Shown here: positions 50,523 to 57,935 of the stretch, one piece after another | How positions within the stretch are numbered: position 1 is the stretch's first letter | How the letters are laid out: each line of letters begins with the position of its first letter | Assembly (NCBI GenBank): GCA_021776135.1 | Contig: JAJFGL010000059.1 | Coordinates: 19,852-83,851, forward strand | Reading direction: 5' to 3' | Source: Kiloniellaceae bacterium | GTDB taxonomy: Bacteria > Pseudomonadota > Alphaproteobacteria > Kiloniellales > J153 | DNA: 64,000 nucleotides | Position numbers and translations under genes: made by a program | The notes under the pieces: generated by a model | What the model was told of the DNA's origin: nothing | The model's input: the letters and a program-made list of their open reading frames with translations, nothing else | Databases searched by the model: none

Positions 50523-51343
50523 GGCGCTAAGCCAGCGAGCAGTGCCGGGGTCATGGCGCGGTCGGGCACCAGTCCCCCGGCCAGAACCTCGCCTGGAACC
50601 GAAATGCGTTCCGCCGGCACCAGCAGACGCCAGTTCTGATCGACCGGGATCGCGCGCAGCAAATAGTCCTTACCTGCGGTGCGCGCGCCCAAAATTTCCG
50701 CGCCCGCGAAACGGCGCAGCAAGGCGGCCAAGACTTCGGCGCTGCTGGCCGTGCCAGGGCCGACCAGGACCAAGATGCTGCGCGGTTTCGTGCTAGAGTC
50801 CAGGCGCGGCAGGTCGAGCGCTTCGGTCTTGCCGCGATGGGTTAAGCTAAGCGCCTTGCCGCGTGGCCCGATCAAGAGACCGGCGACCCGCAGCATGCGG
50901 CCGAAATCGCCACCCGCGTTGCCGCGCAGATCGAGCAGTATATCGGCGCCGGCCGTGGCGGCCCGCGCCATGTCCGCTTCGACCTTGCGGCCAAAACGCT
51001 TGAGAACGATCAGCCGCCGTCCGTTCGGCATGACCTTGACCGGGCCCAGGGACGCGGCGGTCTCAACCATGCGTATGGTATCGGTATTGGGCACGGCGGC
51101 CCGTTCCAGGCGTGCCTTGGCGCCCAGGTGTTGAACGATGGCCTTGGCGGCGCAGTACGCATCCCCGGCGCAAGCCTGCCGGAGCTTCGCCATCTTGGGC
51201 GGCACGGCATAAACCGCTACCCGGGCCAACAAGCGGTCTAGAGAATCCATGGCCAAGCCCGCACGCGGGTCGAACATAAACAAACCGCAAAGCGCGATCG
51301 GGCCGAGGAAACGATGAGCCGGGCGTTTTATCATGGCTTGCAT
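50519..51343 (-). CDS. S41-family peptidase-like protein, secreted, no PDZ domain recognisable
   Basis: Signal-like N-terminus, LLDLRGNAGGD, Ser context VGPGTASSAEVLA and Lys context GARTAGKDY (Ser/Lys dyad retained). Confidence 0.65.
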   Translation of the reverse strand: MQAMIKRPAHRFLGPIALCGLFMFDPRAGLAMDSLDRLLARVAVYAVPPKMAKLRQACAGDAYCAAKAIVQHLGAKARLERAAVPNTDTIRMVETAASLGPVKVMPNGRRLIVLKRFGRKVEADMARAATAGADILLDLRGNAGGDFGRMLRVAGLLIGPRGKALSLTHRGKTEALDLPRLDSSTKPRSILVLVGPGTASSAEVLAALLRRFAGAEILGARTAGKDYLLRAIPVDQNWRLLVPAERISVPGEVLAGGLVPDRAMTPALLAGLAP

Positions 51344-51393
51344 GACGGAGGCTTCCGCCGCCCTAGGCGGTGCAAGCCTCCATGTCTGCTAGC

Positions 51394-52584
51394 TCAATGA
51401 CAGTAGTTGAGGGCGCCGACCATGGTGACGCCCCAGGGTTCCTCGCCAACCCCGTCGATCGTCTTGACGAGCTTGCGGCTGCGCGCATCGATGACCGCGA
51501 CTTTATTGGCATCGCTCAAGGCCACATAGATCTTCATGCCGTTGGGCGTGGTTACCGCGGTCTCGGGTGTGCCGGGCAAGGCGATTTCGCCAGCGAGTTT
51601 CATGTCGATCAGGTCGAGGACGATAATCTTGTCTTCGCCGCGGCTGATGACGAAAGCGGTGGTATCGAGAACGGCGGAATTGATGCCGGTCATGTCTTCG
51701 CCGCCGGGCAGGGTGGCGACAACTTCTTGGGTCGCGGTCGAGATCACCGATACGGTCTTGTCGCCGTTGTTGGGAACCAGCATGTAGCGCCCGTCGGCGG
51801 TGGTGAAGGCGCGCCAGGGCAGCTCACCCAGGCTCACGTCCTTGATTTTCTTGCCAAGGTCCAAATCGATCACAGCCATGGTGTTACCCTCGCCGTGAGC
51901 GGCGTAGCCGAAGCGCCCGTCCGGGGTCGCGGTCACGTTGATGATGCCCTGGAATTCAGTATCGGAAGCTTGGCTTTTGCTGGCCAGGGGGGTCGGGTCG
52001 GCGACGCCGATTTCGTCGATCACAATGCCTTTGGCGACATCGACGACGCTGACGTGATCGGCGCCCAGGTTGGCGACGAAAAGCCGGGCGCCGTCGCGGC
52101 TGAAGGTCATGTTGTGAGGCTGGATCAGGCCGGTAACCCGGGATACTTCCTTGCGCTCGGCCAGGGAAACCAGGGAGACCGTGCCGGCGCCGATGTTGCC
52201 GACCGCGACCAGGGCGCCGCCGGGGCTGAGCTCCATATGCTCGGGCTCGATATCCAGGCGCAGGGTCGCGCTGGCGGCCAGGGATTTCAGATCGGCGAAG
52301 GTGATGGTGTTGTCTTCGGTATTGCTGGTCACCATGGTGCCGAGAGCGGTCGAGATAACCACCTGATGCGGTACATGGCCGACCTTGACGTGGGCAATGA
52401 CCTCGTCGGTCCGGGTGTCGATAACCGCGACATCGGACGAGGCGCGGTTAGGCACGAAAACATAGTTCTCAACGCCCGCTTGCGCGGGGGCCGTGTAACC
52501 TGCCGCCAGAACCAGGCCGGCCAGTAGCCCGCCAAGGACGGCGGTGCGAATGTGTCGAGTGAAGCTGGGCTTGTGTATAGACAT
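51394..52584 (-). CDS. Secreted YVTN-type 7-bladed beta-propeller protein
   Basis: Signal/TM segment TAVLGGLLAGLVLAAGY. Seven repeats of the type V[AS]VID...KVIxxIxVG (for example VAVIDTRTDEVIAHVKVG and VAVIDARSRKLVKTIDG). GGAGGA SD before the ATG at 52584. The ORF-track extension to 52797 runs through the riboswitch. Confidence 0.8.
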   Translation of the reverse strand: MSIHKPSFTRHIRTAVLGGLLAGLVLAAGYTAPAQAGVENYVFVPNRASSDVAVIDTRTDEVIAHVKVGHVPHQVVISTALGTMVTSNTEDNTITFADLKSLAASATLRLDIEPEHMELSPGGALVAVGNIGAGTVSLVSLAERKEVSRVTGLIQPHNMTFSRDGARLFVANLGADHVSVVDVAKGIVIDEIGVADPTPLASKSQASDTEFQGIINVTATPDGRFGYAAHGEGNTMAVIDLDLGKKIKDVSLGELPWRAFTTADGRYMLVPNNGDKTVSVISTATQEVVATLPGGEDMTGINSAVLDTTAFVISRGEDKIIVLDLIDMKLAGEIALPGTPETAVTTPNGMKIYVALSDANKVAVIDARSRKLVKTIDGVGEEPWGVTMVGALNYCH

Positions 52585-52711
52585 GGGTGTCCTCCGTATA
52601 CGGGCTCTTACGTACCCATGCCATCGCGGACTGGGGTCGGTCTTGCCTGGAAACGGCAATCCCTTGTCCCCCTGGCGCCGAATCCCCCGACCGGCGGTAT
52701 CCGCTTTGGCG

Positions 52712-52950
52712 GTTGTGCGGCGGCAGGTCTCCTGGCTCGCGGAACTTTGGGCGTGCGCCTTGCCTTCCCAGCCTCGCCCATATCCATATACAGGCACTGG
52801 CCAGTGACGTCGTCGCGGGCACGCTTTTTCCGCTTACAGTTGCGGGGGCAGCCAAGGCTTGAACCGCGCGCACCCTTGTCCGGGCTTGGCGGCCGCACCT
52901 TATTCCCTCTTCATCCCCAAGCGGGGAACCGTCGCGTGCTCACACTAAGC
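52712..52950 (-). promoter_or_regulatory. Cobalamin (B12) riboswitch
   Basis: The minus strand reads GGTTCCCCGC...GAAGAGGGAATAAGGTGCGG...GCTGCCCCCGCAACTGTAAGCGG...CACTGGCC...GGGAAGGC...AGCCAGGAGACCTGCC (B12 box, plus-strand 52722-52737). It lies about 130 nt upstream of the beta-propeller ATG. Confidence 0.9.
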
Positions 52951-53006
52951 CACCCGCCACGCGCCGGGCAAGGGGTGCGCGGGCGCGCGGGCGGGGGAGT
53001 TATCCA

Positions 53007-53034
53007 TGTATAGAACGCAACGGGGTCAGGACAA
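53007..53034 (-). promoter_or_regulatory. Possible sigma70-like promoter for the riboswitch transcript
   Basis: Minus strand TTGTCC-N16-TATACA, about 55 nt upstream of the first conserved riboswitch helix. Pattern match only. Confidence 0.2.
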
Positions 53035-53145
53035 CGTCAGAATAGTTTAAAATTCTGGATGCAGGCACCAACAAGCTCGACAATGTTTCCTACCTAGAAG
53101 GTCTGAGTTTCACAATGCCACATCAGAAAAAATTAAAGTTATTAA

Positions 53146-53703
53146 CTATGCTCGGATACGCCGCCGTGAGCCACCTTCGTTTTCGTCGTATGTTTCTGCC
53201 TCATTCTGTATGCTATCCGCAATACGCCTAGCTACGGAATCAAATCCACTGTTGATTCTTCGGCCAAGAATAGCAGTGGCAAGAAAAATCCATAATACTG
53301 GAGATCGGACAAAGAGGAGGATTACCACAGCCTTTCTGGCTTTATGAAGTTTTTTCTCTATGAGAAATCGGACTTCAGTATCTTCAATTTTGCTAAGGGC
53401 TTGGTGCACGCTCGGCTTTTCTTGGAATACAGACATTGGCACCGCAAGCAGCATAGCCACTAGCCATGGCCATGAAATTCGGTGAGCGAATCGGATAAGG
53501 CTATTCAAGCTTTGGCGGATCTCTAAGTAGGCTTCCGAGGTAAATTCTAAACGCCCTGCCAGAGCTAAATCATATATCTCATCACGAGACTCAAAGATCG
53601 CATTGCGTGACCAGTCAATACAGATGTTTTGTAGTGGACCGTAGATCAGAGTGCCAAAAATGGCTATCGCTACGAGCAGCATTGTAGCATTCGCATAGTC
53701 CAT
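53146..53703 (-). CDS. Hypothetical membrane protein (3 predicted TM segments), orphan, in the AT-rich islet
   Basis: 185-aa ORF with A/T-ending codon usage unlike its neighbours. Hydrophobic spans MLLVAIAIFGTLIYGPL, WPWLVAMLLAVPMSVF and VVILLFVRSPVLWIFLATAILG. AGGAGGA SD before the ATG. No family recognised. Confidence 0.6.
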   Translation of the reverse strand: MDYANATMLLVAIAIFGTLIYGPLQNICIDWSRNAIFESRDEIYDLALAGRLEFTSEAYLEIRQSLNSLIRFAHRISWPWLVAMLLAVPMSVFQEKPSVHQALSKIEDTEVRFLIEKKLHKARKAVVILLFVRSPVLWIFLATAILGRRINSGFDSVARRIADSIQNEAETYDENEGGSRRRIRA

Positions 53704-53712
53704 CAGGTCCTC

Positions 53713-54135
53713 CTATTTATCATGCGGGTGAGTCTTTCCTTGGGACGTGAGCCCGCTTGAAGTTCGTCCAGAGCTAATTTGTTCTTCAAGCTCTTTTGTC
53801 CGGCGAGTGAGGCGCTCTATTGTCCTCTGGCGGAGTTTTCTCTCTGCCAAGGCCCACGCTACGGCCACGAAAGTTCCGCCAAATGAAATGGAAATCGTCA
53901 GACTACTGCCCGCGTTTGCAAGATATGAAACAAAGAAGTCAGCAACAGTCTTTTTTCCTGCGAGGGAATCAATCGCCTCTTTCACTTGGACCGCTATGAA
54001 TGCAAGCGCACCCCAACGAACCGCCGTTGAGAGAAAGCCGAAGCCACGGTCGATAGAATGCAACGTGACATATGCTCTTCGCTCATGACGTCCAGAGCCA
54101 TTGTGATCACCGTCACTCAATGCGGGCGCACTCAC
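53713..54135 (-). CDS. Hypothetical membrane protein (2 predicted TM segments plus a charged coiled-coil tail), orphan, in the AT-rich islet
   Basis: 140-aa ORF 9 nt upstream of the next gene. Hydrophobic spans WGALAFIAVQV and SLTISISFGGTFVAVAWALA, then RKLRQRTIERLTRRTKELEEQ. The GTG start is uncertain. No family recognised. Confidence 0.5.
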   Translation of the reverse strand: MSAPALSDGDHNGSGRHERRAYVTLHSIDRGFGFLSTAVRWGALAFIAVQVKEAIDSLAGKKTVADFFVSYLANAGSSLTISISFGGTFVAVAWALAERKLRQRTIERLTRRTKELEEQISSGRTSSGLTSQGKTHPHDK

Positions 54136-54523
54136 ATTTCATAACACTCAGTATGAATAGGTAAGCACTAGCCGTCAATTCTTCAATAACATAGTATCTA
54201 TTAAAAAAATTTCCGAAAAGTAAGGCATTATAGTTAATTATTATCATTTTAACAATAATTCTTATTAAATATTAGATATGCGGTGGTTTATTTTTAGTGA
54301 ATACATGATCTTTTTTATGCTGTATTTGCACGCATATACTATAGGGCCGGTAGATATGAACATACCGAGCGCAGCGGTCTACGAATTTATGAACACGATC
54401 AATGCAATCTAATCGATAGGGTTGGGGTAAAAGTTCGTTCCTTGCGCGGGTATTGTGTAAGCTGTCGCGCCTCAACGAAATTTAGTAGCCATCCAGCGAG
54501 CCAATCCGGGAGCTATCGCGAGC

Positions 54524-55744
54524 ATGCTCGGACCTAACTATGTGCCACCACCGCCGCGCAAACCCTCCCTGGCGATCCTGGTCGCGCTTAGCGCCATCGG
54601 GCCAATGGCGCTCAATATTTTCATTCCTTCCATGCCCGGCCTGCAGGCGACATTCGGCGTGTCCTATGCCACGGCGCAGTTGACCTTGACCCTCTTTCTG
54701 ATCGGCACGGCGGTGTGTCAATTATTCTACGGGCCCCTGTCCGACCGTTTCGGCCGCCGCCCGGTGATCGTCGTGGGCCAGGGAATTTTCGTGATCGCCA
54801 GCTTGGCGGCGGCCCTGGCGCCGACCATCGAGGCCCTGATCCTGGCGCGCACCTTCCAGGCTGTCGGCGGCGCGGCCGGCATCGTCATCACCCGCGCCAT
54901 CGTGCGCGACCTTTACGGGCGCGAGAAATCGGCCAGCGTCCTCGGCTACCTGACCGCGGTCTGGGTTCTGGCGCCCATGTTGGCGCCGAGCCTGGGCGGT
55001 TATCTGGACGGCTTGGGCGGCTGGGCGGCCAGCTTTTTCTTTCTCACCGGCGCCGGCGCCCTGGTGTGGCTGGCGGCGCTCGCCTGGCTGCACGAAACCC
55101 ATCACGCGCGGGCCGAGACATCAATTGTCACCGGCCTGCTGGCCGGTTTTATCCACTTGCTCGTTAAACCGAAGTTCCTCGCCTATACCCTAACCCTGGC
55201 CTTTTCCAGCGGCGTGTTCTTTTCCTTCCTGGCCGGAGCGCCCTATATCATGGTCACGATCTTGGGGCTTTCGCCGCTCGATTACGGCCTCTGGTTCATT
55301 CTGACGTCTTTCGGCTACATGGCCGGCAACGGCATCTCGGGGCGCTATTCGGAACGCCTGGGCATCGACCGCATGATCGGGATCGGCACCTATCTGTGCT
55401 TTATTGGCTGCGCCCTCAGCGTGCTGGCCTTTACCCTGGGCCTGCACTCCCCCTACAGCCTGTTCCTGCCCATGTTCCTGGTCGCCATCGGCAACGGCAT
55501 GGTCCTGCCCAACGGCATCGCCGGGGCCATGAGCATCGATCCGGCCCTGGCAGGCACCGCCGCCGGGCTGTCCGGTTTCATGCAAATGGGCCTGGGCGCA
55601 TTGTTGTCGCAATCGGTCGGCTTGACGCAGATAGCGACCCCCTGGGGCTCCTTGTACGTCATGCTGGCCAGCGCCACCCTCGCGATCGCCATGGCCCGCT
55701 GGACCCTGAGATGCGAGGACGCAACAAAGGAGCAAGCACCGTGA
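54524..55744 (+). CDS. MFS multidrug efflux transporter (Bcr/CflA subfamily)
   Basis: 406 aa with 12 TM spans and motif YGPLSDRFGRRPV. Confidence 0.85.
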   Translation: MLGPNYVPPPPRKPSLAILVALSAIGPMALNIFIPSMPGLQATFGVSYATAQLTLTLFLIGTAVCQLFYGPLSDRFGRRPVIVVGQGIFVIASLAAALAPTIEALILARTFQAVGGAAGIVITRAIVRDLYGREKSASVLGYLTAVWVLAPMLAPSLGGYLDGLGGWAASFFFLTGAGALVWLAALAWLHETHHARAETSIVTGLLAGFIHLLVKPKFLAYTLTLAFSSGVFFSFLAGAPYIMVTILGLSPLDYGLWFILTSFGYMAGNGISGRYSERLGIDRMIGIGTYLCFIGCALSVLAFTLGLHSPYSLFLPMFLVAIGNGMVLPNGIAGAMSIDPALAGTAAGLSGFMQMGLGALLSQSVGLTQIATPWGSLYVMLASATLAIAMARWTLRCEDATKEQAP

Positions 55745-55857
55745 CCGGGATAGAACCCCTCCCCGGCGCGCGCGGCGGCCGGGTTGAAATCAAGGTCGCA
55801 GCGGTGCGGTGAGGGGGGCGGTGTCGTCAGTATGACACGAACGCTCCGCTCCGAACT

Positions 55858-57462
55858 TTATCCTCGAAGCGCCGTCAACTGGTCGTAATAGCCGCTGGAG
55901 CTCACGGTTACGTCTATCAGGCTTGGGCCCTTTGCCGTGAGGGCTTCCGGCAGGATGTCCTCGATAGAATCATCGATGCCCAGATGCCAAGCCTGGCATC
56001 CCAAACCTCTGGCCACCCCTGCAAAATCGACCGGAGGATACCTGACTCCGCTGGGCGGATGGTTCAGACGCTGCTGCTTAATATCGATCAGGGACAGGGC
56101 GCCATCGTTCACAACCACGACCGTGACCGGAATATTCAACCGCGCTGCGGTGGAGAGTTCCGCCAGGCACATCAGCATACCGCCGTCACCAATTAGAGCG
56201 ATCACCGGGCGGGTTGGATTGGCCAAGGATGAGGCCATGGCCGCAGGCAGGGCAAAGCCCATGGTCGACAAGCCATGGGATTTCAGTACGTCGTGAGGTT
56301 GGGCCGCGGGCCAGCGTGCCATGGCTGAAAACATATGCGCCCCAGCATCGACCGCCAGACGGGTCCCGGAAGGCGCCGCCTTGGCGAGCGCATCGACGAT
56401 ACTGTCCGCCGTCCAGCCCCCGCCCTTCAGGGACAAACTTGCGCCCATGCGCGCGCGCAGACCCGCGATCTCTTCCACACGCCAAGCGGTGGTTGGGGCA
56501 CTCCTGGTCAAAGTTTCAATTGTGGACGCCAAGTTGCCGCCGAGGTGAACCGCCGGGGTAAATGGAAAGGCTTCGGCCGGCCCTTGTAGCACCACGGCTA
56601 CCGGGGCCGTATAAGCCCAGGGTGCGGGAATCAATTCAATGGGATCGAGACCCAGTGTCAAAATCAAATCCGCTTGGCTAAGCGTATCGGATTCCGCCGC
56701 CGCGCCTGTGAAATGCCCGACAAAGTGAGGATCGGTTTCGGCAATCACGCCCTTGGCCTTATAGGAGGTCAAAACCGGACAGCCCAATCGCGATAGCAGG
56801 TGACGCGCAGATTCGAAAACCCCCGCCCTGCGTGCTTGTAGCCCGGCGATAAGCACGGGGCGGCGGCTGCGCGAAAGCATTTCGCCCAAGACATCCAAAG
56901 ATTGTGTGCAATCCAAGGTCTTCTCGGGTGGCGTCAGGTTTGCGGGCTTGGCCTCAAGGGGAATCTGCGTGCGGGCGTCCGCCACGCTGATATCGATATG
57001 AACTGGGCCGCGCGGATCGGCGAGCGTTGAGAGAATCAGCCGATCCAGAGCGGCGCCCGCATTGTCCCCGCTAAGCCGCAGGGAGCCTTTGGTGATGGGT
57101 GCGAATAAAGCTTGCTGGTCGAAGACCTGGTGGGGCGCCAAGCGGTCATCCTTTGCGCTTGCATCGGTAACCAGAATTACGGGGGCGCGTTCCAGCGACG
57201 CATAGGCGATCCCGTTCGTTACACTCGCGGCACTCGGACCTATACCTGTTAGGACAACTCCCGGCACGCCGGTCAATTCAGCGCTGACCGCCGCCATGAG
57301 TGCAGCGGCGGTCTCCGTCCGGCAGAGAACGAAATCGATTCCCTTGCGCCCGGCCGCTTCAATAAGATCGAGGCTTGAGCCACCGCCAGGGACACCGAAA
57401 ATGCGCTCAACACCGAAGGCTTCAAGCCGGTCAACCAGCCGCTCGACAACGCTCTGGGTCAT
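55858..57462 (-). CDS. Thiamine-pyrophosphate-dependent enzyme (acetolactate synthase large-subunit-like)
   Basis: N-terminal FGVPGGGS, and TPP-binding motif IGDGGMLMCLAELSTA...VVVVNDGALSLI. Confidence 0.85.
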   Translation of the reverse strand: MTQSVVERLVDRLEAFGVERIFGVPGGGSSLDLIEAAGRKGIDFVLCRTETAAALMAAVSAELTGVPGVVLTGIGPSAASVTNGIAYASLERAPVILVTDASAKDDRLAPHQVFDQQALFAPITKGSLRLSGDNAGAALDRLILSTLADPRGPVHIDISVADARTQIPLEAKPANLTPPEKTLDCTQSLDVLGEMLSRSRRPVLIAGLQARRAGVFESARHLLSRLGCPVLTSYKAKGVIAETDPHFVGHFTGAAAESDTLSQADLILTLGLDPIELIPAPWAYTAPVAVVLQGPAEAFPFTPAVHLGGNLASTIETLTRSAPTTAWRVEEIAGLRARMGASLSLKGGGWTADSIVDALAKAAPSGTRLAVDAGAHMFSAMARWPAAQPHDVLKSHGLSTMGFALPAAMASSLANPTRPVIALIGDGGMLMCLAELSTAARLNIPVTVVVVNDGALSLIDIKQQRLNHPPSGVRYPPVDFAGVARGLGCQAWHLGIDDSIEDILPEALTAKGPSLIDVTVSSSGYYDQLTALRG

Positions 57463-57599
57463 ATTCGTATAAAGGTCTTCATGGCGTTGGATAGCGCTTT
57501 CGCATCCACGATGCCCACCCTAAGTAGGACCAAGATAGTAGGCACGACGAAACAAGCGTGCAAACGCATCCGGTTTTTCGTCTTTGCATATCGAGAAAC

Positions 57600-57675
57600 T
57601 GGTGCCGCCTGGGTGACTCGAACACCCGACCCCCGCATTACGAATGCGATGCTCTACCAACTGAGCTAAGGCGGC
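57600..57675 (-). tRNA. tRNA-Thr (anticodon CGU)
   Basis: Minus strand GCCGCCTTAGCTCAGTTGGTAGAGCATCGCATTCGTAATGCGGGGGTCGGGTGTTCGAGTCACCCAGGCGGCACCA folds by hand into a cloverleaf: 7-bp acceptor, GCTC/GAGC D stem, TCGCA/TGCGG anticodon stem with loop TTCGTAA, GGGTG/CACCC T stem with TTCGAGT, and an encoded CCA. Confidence 0.9.
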
Positions 57676-57789
57676 ATAATCGCGACTTGGATGGCGGGGC
57701 GATGTGCGGCTTGCCGTTCATGCTCCGCCACTTAGCGCAACCTAGTCTTGTGTTTGGGCTTTCGTCAACGGCGCAGGGTTATCGCGGAT

Positions 57790-57908
57790 GGCGTGGCGGT
57801 TCCGCGGTTACGTCCTTCGACAGGCTCAGGGTGAGGAAGACCGTGTGTGGCATTAAGAAAAACCTCATGCTGAGCCTGTCGAAGCACGCAACCGCGCCGG
57901 TCCACGCC
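57790..57908. repeat. REP/MITE-like long imperfect palindromic element
   Basis: Inner arms CTTCGACAGGCTCAGGGTGAGG (57815-57836) and CCTCATGCTGAGCCTGTCGAAG (57863-57884) match at 20 of 22 positions. Outer arms GGCGTGG...CGCGGTTACGT and ACGCAACCGCG...CCACGCC also pair. A third partial copy, TCCTTCGACAGCG, lies at 57911-57923. Confidence 0.6.
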
Positions 57909-57935
57909 TTTCCTTCGACAGCGATATTACGTGGC

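Noticed and set aside
52585-52797. N-terminal extension of the beta-propeller ORF (ORF-track start at 52797), and other small ORFs at 52469-53013
   Set aside because: This stretch is the cobalamin riboswitch and its expression platform. The real start is the ATG at 52584, which has a GGAGGA SD and is followed by a signal peptide.
54272-54475. 67-aa minus-strand ORF in the most AT-rich part of the islet
   Set aside because: It has no SD and lies where the promoter or leader of the two-gene module and of the divergent MFS gene should be. AT-rich DNA on the opposite strand also yields short ORFs. There is not enough support to call a gene, though a small protein cannot be excluded.
53000-57675. 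tRNA-Thr-associated integrated genomic island extending from the AT-rich islet to the tRNA
   Set aside because: There is no integrase, excisionase or transposase, and I could find no direct repeat of the tRNA 3' end. The intervening MFS and TPP-enzyme genes have near-host GC. Only the 1.5-kb islet itself is compositionally foreign.
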